From contig CAVVLO010000002.1 in NCBI GenBank assembly GCA_963749155.1, forward strand, positions 1,376,001 through 1,440,000: 64,000 nucleotides of DNA, given 5' to 3'. Within the stretch, counting starts at the first letter, position 1, and each line of letters opens with the position of its first letter. The stretch comes from an uncultured Armatimonadia bacterium (GTDB taxonomy: Bacteria; Armatimonadota; Zipacnadia; CAVVLO01). Positions 31,450 through 42,811 of this stretch are shown in pieces. The notes beneath the pieces are model-generated. The model did no database searches and was not told where the DNA came from. It was given only the letters and a program-made list of their open reading frames with translations. The translations under genes were made by a program, and so were the position numbers.

Positions 31450-33508
31450 ATGAAGGTAGATAACGTACTGGGGCCGGCGAAGCGCTTCTACGACCGAGAG
31501 AAATGGCATATGCCTCTCGGTTGCAGAGGCGAGCGCCTGTTCGCTAGCTGGCTTAAATGCGAGCCAGGCTTCGCCGGCCTTGTAGGATATGCCTACCATC
31601 TTGAACGTGCCCAACCTGTTCCAGATTCACCTGCGCCTCAACAATGAGCCAATCAAGTGGGATTCGATCAAAGCTTTCTGGTATCCCAGCCACATCCTGG
31701 TGACCTATCGCCACAAGATGCTGCTGCTCGAAGAACGCAAGTTCATCACTCACTATGATGCGGCGGTATCCGACTTCACGATGAGTAATCCCGGCACCGA
31801 GCATGTCCAGGTCTCGGCCTGGGTGCACAGCGCGCTTTTCCCTGGCCGGATGTTCACGGGGGGGCTTGGGCTTTCGGAAGAGTCGATGCTCGGGCGGGAA
31901 TGGACAGTGGTGCTGTCACTTTCGGACGAATTTGATTTTCCGAGGTATGTCCCACCTGGCGACAAGTGGAACTTCCGGCTCTCCTGCCTTTTCGCGCGCA
32001 ACAGGGAAGAAGCCCAAATCACTCACAAGCGCATTGCAATCTCCCAGACCTTATTCGAGCGGCACAAGCGCGATTATGAGGAATGGTTCGACCCAGTTCC
32101 CGATTTTCAGTGTTCTGACACGCGCCTCACTCGCCTGTGGCAATATCGTTGGTGGCTTCTGAAGGCCTGTCTCAATCGGCCCGAGGTCGGCAATCTGCGC
32201 GACTGGTGTTTCTACGAAGGCATCGCCCGGCCCGAATCCTTGCGCGTCGATCCCTTCGCTGCCTGTATGCAATTGATGGAAGCCCGCTGGCATCCCGATC
32301 CTGTTTATGCCCGCGACCTTATCGAGACACTGGTGAAGAACGACTTTCTGGCCACTCGGATCTTCCGTCACGAAGATACCGAGCCCAACTGGCTGACCCA
32401 TGCCCTGGTAGAAGCCTGCCATGTGCGGCCCGAACTCAAAACTACGCTCTCCGAGCATTTTGACCGGCTGGCCTGGGATGTAGATTCTTATGAGGGCGGC
32501 TGGGATGGCATTGGAGTATTGCCCGCTTCTGGTTTCCCTCTGCCTGTGAACGCAGGTATCCTGGGCGAGAACGGCAGGCGCATCCTTGCGGCAGATGATT
32601 TTGATGGTGTCGAGTCAGTGAGGCAAGAGGGTGAAGAGGGGGAAAGGCCCCACCGTCCAGTAATGGCGGTAGAAACAGCCAGCTATTATGTGGCCAACCT
32701 GAAGGCGCTAGCCACAATGGCTGGCTGGCTTGGTGACACTGGGCGTCAGCTCGGCTTCGAGGAGCGCGCCACAGGGGTTCAGCAGGCTTTGCTCGAACAT
32801 ATGTGGGATGATGAGCGGGGCTTCTTCTATGACCTCAAGGCCTACCAGTCCCCCTCTGATGAGAGACCAGCCAAGGCCAGGTCTCGCACTCTGGCGAGTT
32901 TGCTGCCTTTTTGGGCTGGCGCCGCGGGGCTGCGCCATCTGCGGGTGCTGGAACAGCTTCGGCGTGGTAAAGGCTTCGTCGGCAGAAGGGCTTATGTAAC
33001 CTTGCCTGACGAGGACGAGGACCAGACGGTCCAGGTGCCGTACTGGGAAACGATGGCGGCCTATGCCTTGCTTGCGACACGTGACCTGTGGCCGAACGCA
33101 GAGGGCGAATTGGTGCGCCTGATGGGGGATTATGCCGAGTTGCAGATGCCCTCCAAGGTGCCAACTGTCCATCGCGCTTACGATGCGACCACTGGAGAAC
33201 CAACTCAGGAGGGCAACGAGCAGGATCATTTCTGTTCTGCCTGGATAGATTTGATTTTGCGCACGGTTATTGGCCTGGTGCCTGATGCGCCTGGTCTTGA
33301 GCTTAGACCTGTAAACTTCCATCTGGACTGGTTCCGCCTAGAGAAGCTGAGCTTTCGAGGTCACGAACTCGGTGTGACCTGGCTCAAGGTGGGCGCTGTT
33401 ACTCCGGTGCGCGGCACCAATATCGAGCCGGGATTTCGTGTGTTCGTTGATGGCAAGCTCCAGCATCACAGTGCGACTATCCAGCCAGTCAGTTTGTTCC
33501 TGGATTAG
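31450..33508 (+). CDS. (alpha/alpha)6-barrel glycoside hydrolase-like protein (GH63/MGH1-like), +1 frameshift near 31586
   Basis: ORF 31450 (GGAGG RBS) joins ORF 31589; PDFQCSD..LWQYRWW, VETASYYVANL, MWDDERGFFYDL, HFCSAWIDLI. Family assignment is approximate. Confidence 0.6.
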
Positions 33509-33531
33509 CTCCTTCCCCGGAGGTAGAGGTT

Positions 33532-35922
33532 GTGAAGCGCTTCTCCCTGGCCTTGGGTCTACTTGCCGCGCTAGTGCTGGTTGGCCATACCGCTGTCTGT
33601 TTCTCCGCAAAGCTGAATTTGGAATTGACCTGCTCTCAGCCTTCCTTTGTGCCTGGCGGCGCGCAGGCGCCCGAGCTTGTCGCGAAGCTGCTGGATAGCT
33701 CGGGGGCGCCCATCGCCCAGGCTGAGATCGAGCTTTCGCTGGCCAGGTTGGTGCCCTGGCTGTCGCTTTCGGTCACCTCGGCCTCGACGATGGCTGACGG
33801 GCAGGCGCGCTTCCCGCTTGCGGTCTCTTCCTCTTTGGCAGAGCTTGATCTTGCTACTCTGCCGCTATCTGCCCTGTTTATTGCGCGCACCAGTGTCGGC
33901 GCCCAGGCGGCTACCTGCCGGCTGGAGGTGCCTCTTGCGGCAGCGCTGCTGTCAGGCAGTTATGTCGATAGCGCAATGAGGCTTCGATCGCTTTCAGTGC
34001 TGCCCCAGGTTACTCCTCGTACAGCTTTGCTTGCTGCTGATACTGCGGGTGGAAACTTCCACTTGCTGGTCACGCCAACTGAAGGCAACCTGCTGCTCGA
34101 ATGGCCGCCCGAAGCCCCCTGTCCGCTGCGTTACACGGTGGCCGGGCCGCTTGCCGCTGGCAGCCAGGCGCGACTTGGTCGGTTCGACCTGCTCACTCCG
34201 GAAGAACACCGGGAACGTCTTTCCAGCCTGCTGTCCGAGCTGATGCAGCATCTGCCGCTGAGCGCTACTGGCAGGACCCAGGGCTTTGCTGCCGCCAGAG
34301 AGCTGAGCTTCGAGCCTGGCTCGGGCTATGCGCGTCCAGTCCTTGGCCCAGGTTCGCTCATAAAATTGCCGGGCAGCGAAGGAGAGTTCTGGGCCGCCGA
34401 TCCAGGCGATCCTGAAGCGCCTGCCCCTTACCCCTTGCTGCTGCGAGCTTTGGGCGATTTGTTGTGGGAGCGACTGGTAGAACCAGGGGCCTTCACCCGA
34501 GGCCAGCAACACGAGCTTGCAGAACTCCAGTGGAGCCCCTGGGCTGCGCTCGAACGGCCCGAGACCGCCTTTGCCGCGACCCGCAGCGAGGTTGTGGCTT
34601 CGCTTGTCCTGGCTTTTGCGCGGCAGGCCCATCCGGAGTGGGATGATTCACTTTACTTCCGAGATGCCGACCTGGCGGCTTATAAAGATGATGCCAAAGC
34701 GCTCCAGTTGCTGACCAGGCCTGTCATCGGCAGTCTGATACCAGGGCTTTCGGCTCGTGCAGTGCTCTCGCTTTATGGCGAGCTGCCCAAGAACTCTTCC
34801 GCCCAGGTGTTGGGCGATTTCCTCGCCACGGCAGCGCGTTATGCAGAGCTTTGCCCCTTGCGCCCCCACCCGGCCAGGACCCTTGCCGACTGGCTTGGCG
34901 CGCGTAGCGCCCTTGGCTCCCCCTACAAGCTGCCCGAAACCGGCAGCGCACAAAATCTGGCCGCCAGCTACAAGCTGTTTGGTGACACTGAACAGGTCAG
35001 TGCCTGTTATCTGGAGCCTCTGTCCCAGGCCGCCACCGCCTCTCTTGATGGCGCTCCGGTTGACTTCTCGGCGGGAGCGGTACGGCTTTCGACGGGCGCT
35101 ATCGCTGTCGAAGGCGGCGCGGTTGCGCTGTGTTGGCCAGGCGCAACTGGGGTTGGCAACGTTGCCGTGCTGGGGCCGGGAGCGGCAGGCAGTGTGGATG
35201 GGACCGCCCGGATGCAGGTTAACCGCGGCCAGGCGGCGGGTTGCCGACTGAAGGGACTCTGGACCCCTCCGGCTGCTTTCGCGCTGGCCGAGGGCGCGCT
35301 GTTTGCCCAGGTCGAGTCCTCTGGCGTCACTAAAGCGCTCGCAGAGCAAGGGCAGGTCAGTCGCTATCTGCAGGCAGGCCAGCAGCAACCAATTGCTGAA
35401 GGCGCCGGGCTGCTCCTCACCGGCGTCGACCAGCAGCAGGCCTTGCCGGCCGAAGAAGCCTCCGAGTTGCGCTCTCAGGTGCTGGCGCTCATTCCGCCTT
35501 ATGTCTCGAGCTTTGTTTGGGAAGGCCAACAGCAAAGCGGGGCGCCCGTGGCCGGCACCGACCTGTCTCCGGAAGGCTGGCTCGAAGTCGCCGGCGCTGG
35601 CCCTCTGGCTCGGATTAGCCTCTGTCGCGCGCTGGGGGCGGACTTCACCCCTGAGGGCGCCGCCTGGAAGTTTCCCTCCACCCTCACTGCGCTGGTGCTG
35701 GCCTTCGAGATGCGCGGTGTGCCCAGTCCGCTTCGGGTTGAGGTGCAGCTCGCTTACGAGGGTAATGTCCGGTATCGCCTCACTGCGCAGGTTCACGAGG
35801 CGGGTCAGTTCAAAGTGGATATCGCTCCCTCTGGCGGCGAACGCTTTACCGCGGGTGAATACTCGCTTCGCTTTCTCATCGACGGGCAGGAAGTGTTGCT
35901 TCACCCCTTCCGCATTCTCTAG
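33532..35922 (+). CDS. Large exported hypothetical protein with N-terminal Ig-like (Big_1-type) domain
   Basis: Signal peptide; LVAKLLDSSGAPIAQAEIEL..STMADGQARF; 796 aa. Confidence 0.6.
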   Translation: MKRFSLALGLLAALVLVGHTAVCFSAKLNLELTCSQPSFVPGGAQAPELVAKLLDSSGAPIAQAEIELSLARLVPWLSLSVTSASTMADGQARFPLAVSSSLAELDLATLPLSALFIARTSVGAQAATCRLEVPLAAALLSGSYVDSAMRLRSLSVLPQVTPRTALLAADTAGGNFHLLVTPTEGNLLLEWPPEAPCPLRYTVAGPLAAGSQARLGRFDLLTPEEHRERLSSLLSELMQHLPLSATGRTQGFAAARELSFEPGSGYARPVLGPGSLIKLPGSEGEFWAADPGDPEAPAPYPLLLRALGDLLWERLVEPGAFTRGQQHELAELQWSPWAALERPETAFAATRSEVVASLVLAFARQAHPEWDDSLYFRDADLAAYKDDAKALQLLTRPVIGSLIPGLSARAVLSLYGELPKNSSAQVLGDFLATAARYAELCPLRPHPARTLADWLGARSALGSPYKLPETGSAQNLAASYKLFGDTEQVSACYLEPLSQAATASLDGAPVDFSAGAVRLSTGAIAVEGGAVALCWPGATGVGNVAVLGPGAAGSVDGTARMQVNRGQAAGCRLKGLWTPPAAFALAEGALFAQVESSGVTKALAEQGQVSRYLQAGQQQPIAEGAGLLLTGVDQQQALPAEEASELRSQVLALIPPYVSSFVWEGQQQSGAPVAGTDLSPEGWLEVAGAGPLARISLCRALGADFTPEGAAWKFPSTLTALVLAFEMRGVPSPLRVEVQLAYEGNVRYRLTAQVHEAGQFKVDIAPSGGERFTAGEYSLRFLIDGQEVLLHPFRIL

Positions 35923-35959
35923 CCTGGCGAACTGAGGCAGGCGTTCTCGTCTGGGGGCA

Positions 35960-35988
35960 TTGACAGGAAGGCGCGGCCCTTCTACAAT
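35960..35988 (+). promoter_or_regulatory. Promoter of tRNA-Leu
   Basis: TTGACA-17 nt-TACAAT ending 12 nt before the tRNA. Confidence 0.8.
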
Positions 35989-36000
35989 TCCCCCTGCCGT

Positions 36001-36088
36001 GCCGAAGTGGCGGAATTGGCAGACGCGCTAGGTTCAGGACCTAGTGAGCATTGCGCTCGTGGGGGTTCAAGTCCCCCCTTCGGCACCA
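36001..36088 (+). tRNA. tRNA-Leu (CAG)
   Basis: Acceptor GCCGAAG/CTTCGGC, anticodon arm CTAGG-TTCAGGA-CCTAG, long variable arm, GTTCAAG, CCA. Confidence 0.97.
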
Positions 36089-37386
36089 GGCTCTACTTCT
36101 ACTCTTTCGACTTCCCGGGGCAAAGCCGCAATCAGGCTTTGGCTTGCCTTGACGATAAACACGCCGCCCTCCTGGCCATACTCCTCGCTCAGTATCTCCA
36201 TCTGCTCCCGGGCCTGCTCTAGCAAACCAAGGCGCGCATAAGGCACTGTCAATTGCCATAGGCGATGACTGGCAGAGGCTTCTCGGTCCAGCAGGGCAAG
36301 CAGTCGGTCGAGTCCCTCGCCCGTTTTCGCAGATATAAACAGCGTAGCAAGCCCATCGCCAGGCAAGGTAGCCACCAACTCGCGCCGTTCGTCCCCCTCC
36401 AGCACGTCCAGCTTGTTGAAAAGCGTCACGATGGGCAGCTCGCCCGCGCCAAGCTCTTTCAAGGTCTTTGAGACCGCGCTCTGCTGCGAGGGGAAATCAG
36501 GATTGGAAAGGTCTACCACATGCAGTAGCAGGTCAGCGTGGAGGGTCTCTTCCAGGGTCGAGTGGAAAGCCGCCACAAGCTGGTGCGGCAGGTCGCGCAG
36601 AAAACCGACCGTATCAGTAATCAGCACCGTCCGGCCCGAAGCCAGCTTCAGGGTGCGAGTGGTTGGGTCAAGCGTCGCGAACAACCTGTCATCCGCATAG
36701 AGGTCGCTACCCGTCAGCGCGTTGAAAAGCGTCGACTTGCCCGAGTTGGTGTAACCGACTAGCGAGATCAGGAAAAGGCCGCTCTCAAGGCGCTGTTGAC
36801 GCTTGTTCGCGCGGGTGGCTTCGAGCTCTGCCAGTTTCTGTTCGAGGCGGTTTATCTGGTCTCTCACCTGGCGCCTGCCCACCTCAAGCTTCGTCTCGCC
36901 AGGGCCTCTGGTGCCTATACCGCCACCAAGCCTGGAGAGCATCTCACCGAGTCCTTTAAGCCGAGGTAGCGAATACTTCAGTTGCGCCAGGCTTACCTGC
37001 AACCTTCCCTCGCCAGATTTGGCCCGTTGCGCGAAAAGGTCGAGTATGAGCTGGTTGCGGTCAATGACTTTGCAGTCCAGCGCGTCTTCAAGGAAGGCAA
37101 GCTGACTCGGCGAGAGCTGCCCGCCGACGATGACGAGGTCTACAAGATAGGCTTTGGCGGCGTCTTCAACCTCTTCTACCTTGCCCTTGCCAAAATAACC
37201 TCTGACCGAGGGCCTGTCGCGGTGCTGCACCAGCACATCAACGATGTCAGCGCCCGCCGAATCGGCAAGCGCGCCCAGCTCCTCGACTTGGAGAGTTGGG
37301 TCTTCGCCCTGTTTCAGCACCAGCGCAAGCAGGGCTTTTTCGCGGCCACCTTCCAGGTTAAGCTCATTGTCTACTCGATCCGGCAT
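36067..37386 (-). CDS. hflX: Ribosome-splitting GTPase HflX
   Basis: GGIGTRGPGETKLE, VGYTNSGKSTL, LFATLDPT, DTVGF, NKLD, ISAK; ATG at 37386 with GGAGG. Confidence 0.96.
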   Translation of the reverse strand: MPDRVDNELNLEGGREKALLALVLKQGEDPTLQVEELGALADSAGADIVDVLVQHRDRPSVRGYFGKGKVEEVEDAAKAYLVDLVIVGGQLSPSQLAFLEDALDCKVIDRNQLILDLFAQRAKSGEGRLQVSLAQLKYSLPRLKGLGEMLSRLGGGIGTRGPGETKLEVGRRQVRDQINRLEQKLAELEATRANKRQQRLESGLFLISLVGYTNSGKSTLFNALTGSDLYADDRLFATLDPTTRTLKLASGRTVLITDTVGFLRDLPHQLVAAFHSTLEETLHADLLLHVVDLSNPDFPSQQSAVSKTLKELGAGELPIVTLFNKLDVLEGDERRELVATLPGDGLATLFISAKTGEGLDRLLALLDREASASHRLWQLTVPYARLGLLEQAREQMEILSEEYGQEGGVFIVKASQSLIAALPREVERVEVEPGAEGGT

Positions 37387-37471
37387 AATCGCCTCCCCTT
37401 CCATCGTAGCACACAAACGGAAAGGGCGCCCCCGAAGGGACGCCCCTTTCGCTTGGTGTCCACTTGCTTCT

Positions 37472-40400
37472 CTAGTCGACAATCAGCTCGATAGGCTGAG
37501 CTATCCGGTCCTCGTCAGGGTTGTAATACTGCCAGGCCCGCGAAGCCGGCGTCTTGGCCTTGATTGGATATTTGGCCTGCAGGCGATACTTCAGTTTGAT
37601 TTCCTGACCGCCTGCAATCTTGTCAAAGTACAGTGTGACTTGCCGCCCGTAGACGGTGTATTTCTGGATGACCTTGCTGCCCACCAGTTCGGCCAGATCG
37701 TCGCTCTGCACCTGGAAGCCTGGCGGCAGGCCAAGGTCTACCATAACCATCGAAAGCTCGGCGTTGGTGACATTTTTTACGGTTGCCGTGCAGGTGACGA
37801 AGTCGTCCTTGGCCAGGCGTGTCTTGTCGTAGGCGACCGAAAGATCCAGCACCTCGGCGGCTTCGATTGGTGCGTTCTGCCAGGGCAGCCAATAGCGCGT
37901 AACTACCTGGTAGAGCAGCGTACCCTTGCCAGCGAGTTTGAGCTGGATGTTGCTGCTGCCCTCCTTCACGAACTGGGTCACGTTGAGCGTCTGGGTGACG
38001 TCCGAAGTCTCGGGCGTTACCACCATATTGCCTGCCAGCTTGCCATCCACCAGCACCTGGATTTCGGCGTTGGTAGTGGTCTCGCTGCCGCTGTAGCCCA
38101 TCATCAAGGCCTTGAGCGCGAGGATGGTGGGCGTGGTGCTATACCAGCCTCCGCCTGGATCCTTCTTCTCCAGCAGCCAGTTCATCGCTCGCAGTGCCAA
38201 ATCGAGCTGGCTGCCTTTCCTTCAGCAAAGCCATTGCGGCAAGTGAGGTCGCTTCCACATCGGCGCCGTTGCCGCTGGAATAACTGGCGGTCGCCATCCC
38301 GGCTTCCCAGTGGGTAAGCTGCCCCTCGTCCTTGCGACGCTCTGCCAGCATCGTTGCTGCGCGCTTCGCCTCGGCGCTTTCGGGCCGCGCCCAGATGATC
38401 GCATTGGCGCAGAGGGTAAGCTCGTAGTTGGTTTTGGCCTGGTCCAGATGTTCGACCACATAGTCTACTGCCTTGCCGACCTCGGGCCGGTCAACGCCCG
38501 TACTCGCAAGTGCCCAGGCGATATAGGCTGTCGGCAGCAGATTGCCGTTCTGCAGACTGGCCCAGTGTTCGGCATGGTAGTATTCCTGCTCGGGGTCGAA
38601 ACTGCCGTCGGGTTTCTGCTGGCTGATGAGCCAGTTCTGAGTGCGCTCGATGATGCGCTCATCCACCGGGAACACCTTCGCCATGTCGGTGAAGGCCTGC
38701 ACTCCCCAGGCGGTCAGCAGCTTGTTGGCCGGTGGATTGCCGAACCACTCGAATCCGCCTCCATCCACCTCGTAGCTGATCATCCGCTGATATCCGACGT
38801 TGAGATACTGCTCTGCCTGCATCGCAAGCTCGGGATTCACTTTGCCGCTGGATTCGAGATACTGCAGCACCAGCGCATTGGGGTAGGTGACCGAGGTTGT
38901 CTGTTCAAAGCACCCATAGGGCATCTGAAGCAGCTTCTCGAGGCCCTCGACCGCCTGGCTGAGCATCCCGGGATAGAGCCGCACGAGCACCTGCGAGGCG
39001 CCGTCAATCGCTGCGGTCGGTACATTCACGGCGACCTGGGTGTCGGCCGAGAGGCGCCCATTGGCGACGCTCTCGATTTGGGTGCCATCGGGCACTATCT
39101 CGATGCTGCGCCTGATGGCGTCCGACAGCTTGGTCCCATATGCGAAGACGGTCAGCTTCTGGTTGCCAAGCTGCTTTGCCTTCAGGCGGAAGTAAACCAC
39201 CTGGATGTCATCCGGGCCTATCTGAAGGGTCTTGGTAGAATTGTCCAGCAGTTCGTACCAGTCCGCCGCTTCGAGTTGCAGCTTTACGCTCTGGCTGGTC
39301 TTGAGATAGTTGTAGACGGCGACCGGCACCGACACCTCATCGCCCTGGGTAAGCGCGACCGGCAGGTCCAGGTCCACGAAAAAGTCCTGGAAGACCTTGA
39401 TAGGCGTCGTGAGACTGCCGAACAGCCCGTTCGCGCTGTTGGCCAGCGCCGTGAGTCGCCAGGAGGTGATCGAGTCGGCCATCTCCAGGTTAACTTCGGC
39501 CTTGCCGTTAGCGTCAGTAACGAGCGCCGGATTCCAGTACATCGTCTCGGGGAAGTATTCCCGCACGTGCACTGGCTTGCCGGCTGGCGCGCCTGGCCCT
39601 GCGCCCATACCATTAGCCATACCTGATGCCGCGGCCATCGGCATCATAGCGCGATCTTCCATCACACCGGCTTTGAACATAACTCCCTCAGCGAGCATCC
39701 CGCCTCCGCGTCCGCCGCCGAAGCCACCGCCGAATTCGTCCAGGCCGAAGGCGCGCCCAGCGGCCAAATCGCCGGCAATCCGCTGAACATCCATCTCGCC
39801 TTCAAGTTCGCCCCAACGCATAACCCAGGCAGGCACTGGACCGAGGTCGTCCGAGGTCTCGAGCCGTCCGTCAGGCCCTGCCGACGTGAAGGCCAGATCC
39901 CAGGAACTGCTTCCTGTTACCTGATAGCGCTTGCCCCAGGGGTCAAGCAGTTGGGCTTCCTTCAGCTTGCCGGCCTTCAGCAACCGGTCGACTACTTTGG
40001 TGGCGTCCTGGTCGTTGTCGCCCCAGCCAGCCTCTACGACAGGCAGCACTTCTTCGAGCTGCGCGGTAAGCTGCTTCAGCAACTCCGGCACTTGCTGGGC
40101 GTAATCGTCCAGATAACTGCTGGCCGTCAGGCTGAATTCGGGCGCTGTGGGCGAAGCGGCCGCCATTAGCGCCTCGGCCAGATGCTGGGTGCCAGGCTGC
40201 TCGAGCACCGGAACAGGCTTCTCCAGCAGGTCCGGCAACTCCATCCCGTGGATCTCGAACTTCGGCTCCATCAGTTCTTTCTCGAGCAGGAAGTAGATTT
40301 TCGCAAGGCCGCTCTGCGCCTCGGCCAGCGCGAATACGCTCTCATCTACGATAGCCACGCCAAGACAGGCCGGGGTGGGAAGGCCAGAGGCTTGCTCCAC

Positions 40401-42071
40401 CGCGAACCGCAACACCGCCTGTTCGGCTGGTTTGTATTCGTCCCGGTCGGCGCGGACTTCAATCTTGAGGTCTTCGGCTGGCATCACTACGACCAGCTTG
40501 GTCGCGCTGACGATGTTCATATCCGGCTGGATGACATAAGCGTGCAAGGTAACCGAACCGACCAGATCAGCCGTCAGAGGCAACTCGACCTGAGCCTGAC
40601 CCCCTTCAGTGCGCATCGCTTCGGTCAGCACGGTCTGGCCGTCCTTGACCGCGTCGAAATAGAGATAGCGCCCCTTAAGCGGGGTCAGCGCGGTAAGCGT
40701 GAGCGAGTCTCCAACCCGCGCTATCGACTTGCTAACCCGCAGCAGCAGAGGGGTCTCGGTCGCCTCGGCGCCCCAGGAGAACTCCTCTGTGGCCTCCTGT
40801 CCCTGCGAATCTCGAGCGCTGGCGGAGTGAGTCACTTCTCCCGCCTTCACCATCGCTTCGTATTCGCCGTAGCCGGTCTCATCGGTCTTGACCTCGGCCT
40901 TGCCGAAGTCCCCTTTTACATTGACTGTGCAACGCGCGGGCGATCCGTCGGGATAGGTCGTCACGAGGAAGAAACGGTTGACGATACCTGCAACTGGCGC
41001 GCCAGCCTCGGGGATTATCTGGACATCCAGCGGCGAGGGCACTACCGCGCGCGACTGGCTGGCCTTCTCCTCGTGCTGGGCCAGATCAACGACCGTCGCC
41101 TCAAGCTCTACCGAACCCTGCCCCTGCAGGAAAGGCTGCCCTACAAAAGTCGCCGGCAAGGTGAGGGTTGCGCTGAAATGGCCCTTCTCATCGGTCTTGC
41201 CCTGTTCTGTATGGAAGACATCGCGCCCGACATCGAAGGTCGAGAAGTCGAGTTTTATGGTGCCGCCCGCCACCGGCTTGCCGAAGAAGTAATCTACCTG
41301 GGCGTCAACCTTCATCTGCTGGCCGGGGAGATACCAGTCCCGGTCGGTGGACAGGTTGATTTTGTATTTGGGCAGCACGTAACGCTTGACGGTGACGACT
41401 TTCTCGGTCTCGCCCGCGTCAAAGGAAGCCTTCACGCGATATTCGCCGAGGTTGACTTCATCCGCGAGCTGGAAATCTGCTGCCGCGACGCCGTATTCGT
41501 TGGACTTGAAGGTCTGTTTGAAAACCCGATTGCCCTTGGGATCTTCAACAGTGAAGAGGCAATCTTCCCCAGCAAGCGCCTTGTTAAGGCCGCTCTTCAA
41601 AGCTACCGCCCTGAGGTGGATGAGCTGCCCAGGCTGATAAAGCGGCTTGTCAGTCACCAGGTAGACCTGCGCCTGGCGCACCAGCCGCACATCGCGCTTG
41701 ACTGTGGCCGTGGCGCCCGAGCCCAGGGCTCGTACCATAAGGTGGTAGTCACCTGGCTCCAGGTCCGGCACGTGGAAGGCGCCCTGGAAAACTCCCGAGC
41801 GGTCTGTCTTGCCACTCGCAAGCAGCTTGAACAGCCCCTCTTCATTGGAGAGCGACACCCGGACGCTCGCGCCCTGGATGGCTTCCTCAGTGTTGTGATT
41901 CTGGAAGACGATCCGGAGCGATGCCGCGCTGTCACTCAGCCAGTCGCTCTGGCCGAAGACAAGCAGTTCCTGCGGGATAAGCCCCCCTGCACCAACAGGC
42001 TGAAAGCCTGCGACGGCGAGTAAAGCAATCAGTGGCACCAGGAGCGCCATTATTTTCAGTAGTCTGGCCAT
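37472..42071 (-). CDS. Alpha-2-macroglobulin family protein with thioester motif, +1 frameshift near 38216
   Basis: Signal peptide; TDKPLYQPG, YVLPKY, VREYFPET, DSITSW, PYGCFEQT (38901-38912), GGWYST, MVMVDLGLPPGF. ORFs 38139-42137 and 37472-38200 join. Confidence 0.93.
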
Positions 42072-42148
42072 TGCCAGGTCCCTCCTTAAAATAGAAGCTG
42101 CCCGTTGGACTTGCTCCTCCCCGGAAAAGTTCCCCAAGAGGGAGAGAG

Positions 42149-42195
42149 TTGCATGACGTACTCAAAAAGAGTACAATTGTACCCAAGATGAGTAC
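42149..42195 (+). promoter_or_regulatory. Promoter with tandem palindromic operators for the MNT/HEPN pair
   Basis: TTGCAT-17 nt-TACAAT (42149-42177); GTACTC-N5-GAGTAC (42158-42174) and GTACCC-N5-GAGTAC (42179-42195). Confidence 0.7.
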
Positions 42196-42811
42196 ATTAC
42201 TGACTGATGAAGTAGCCCAGACCTTATTCGGTAGAATTCGACGCGAGGTGCTAGGATTACTTTACACCAATCCTGAGCGGTCCTACTACCTGCGCGAGCT
42301 TATGCGGTTTGCCAATACCTCTCCGGGGGCCATCCAGCGCGAACTTGCCCAGTTACATAAAGCAGGACTTGTCATGCGCTCCCGGCGCGGCCACCAGGTT
42401 TTCTTCCAGGCCAACCTGCAGAGTCCCGTCTTTGAAGAATTGCAAAGCCTGCTTGCCAAGACGGCAGGGCTTGCTCAGATTTTGCGCGAGGCGCTCTTGC
42501 CGCTTGCCTGCCAACTGGAACTGGCAGCGGTATTTGGCTCCTTTGCTGCTGGCTCTGCGCGGGACGAGAGTGATATAGATTTGCTGGTTATCGGTCAGGT
42601 CAGTCTCCGTGAAGTGGTCACGGCTCTCCAACCTGCTCAAAATCGTCTGGCCAGAGAGATAAATCCTGTGGTATATGCTAGGTCAGAGTTTGTGCGCCTG
42701 TTATCCGAAGGCCAGCCTTTCCTCACCGCTGTTCTGGAAGGCCCGCTGCTGCCGATATTAGGAGACAAAGATGAGTTTCAGCGATTGGCTGGCCAACGGT
42801 TGGCTGATTGA
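42188..42811 (+). CDS. wHTH plus minimal nucleotidyltransferase (MNT) antitoxin
   Basis: YYLRELMR..SPGAIQRELAQL HTH; FGSFAAG..SDIDLLVIG NTase motif. Confidence 0.85.
   Translation: MSTLLTDEVAQTLFGRIRREVLGLLYTNPERSYYLRELMRFANTSPGAIQRELAQLHKAGLVMRSRRGHQVFFQANLQSPVFEELQSLLAKTAGLAQILREALLPLACQLELAAVFGSFAAGSARDESDIDLLVIGQVSLREVVTALQPAQNRLAREINPVVYARSEFVRLLSEGQPFLTAVLEGPLLPILGDKDEFQRLAGQRLAD

Noticed and set aside
36001..36088. tRNA-Leu as an integration site for an island
   Set aside because: No integrase and no duplicated tRNA 3' end seen; the flank is housekeeping hflX.
37244..42023. Long plus-strand ORFs (357, 438 and 613 aa) opposite A2M, and similar antisense ORFs opposite the porin, purF and thiC
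   Set aside because: Shadow ORFs expected in GC-rich coding DNA; no recognisable motifs.
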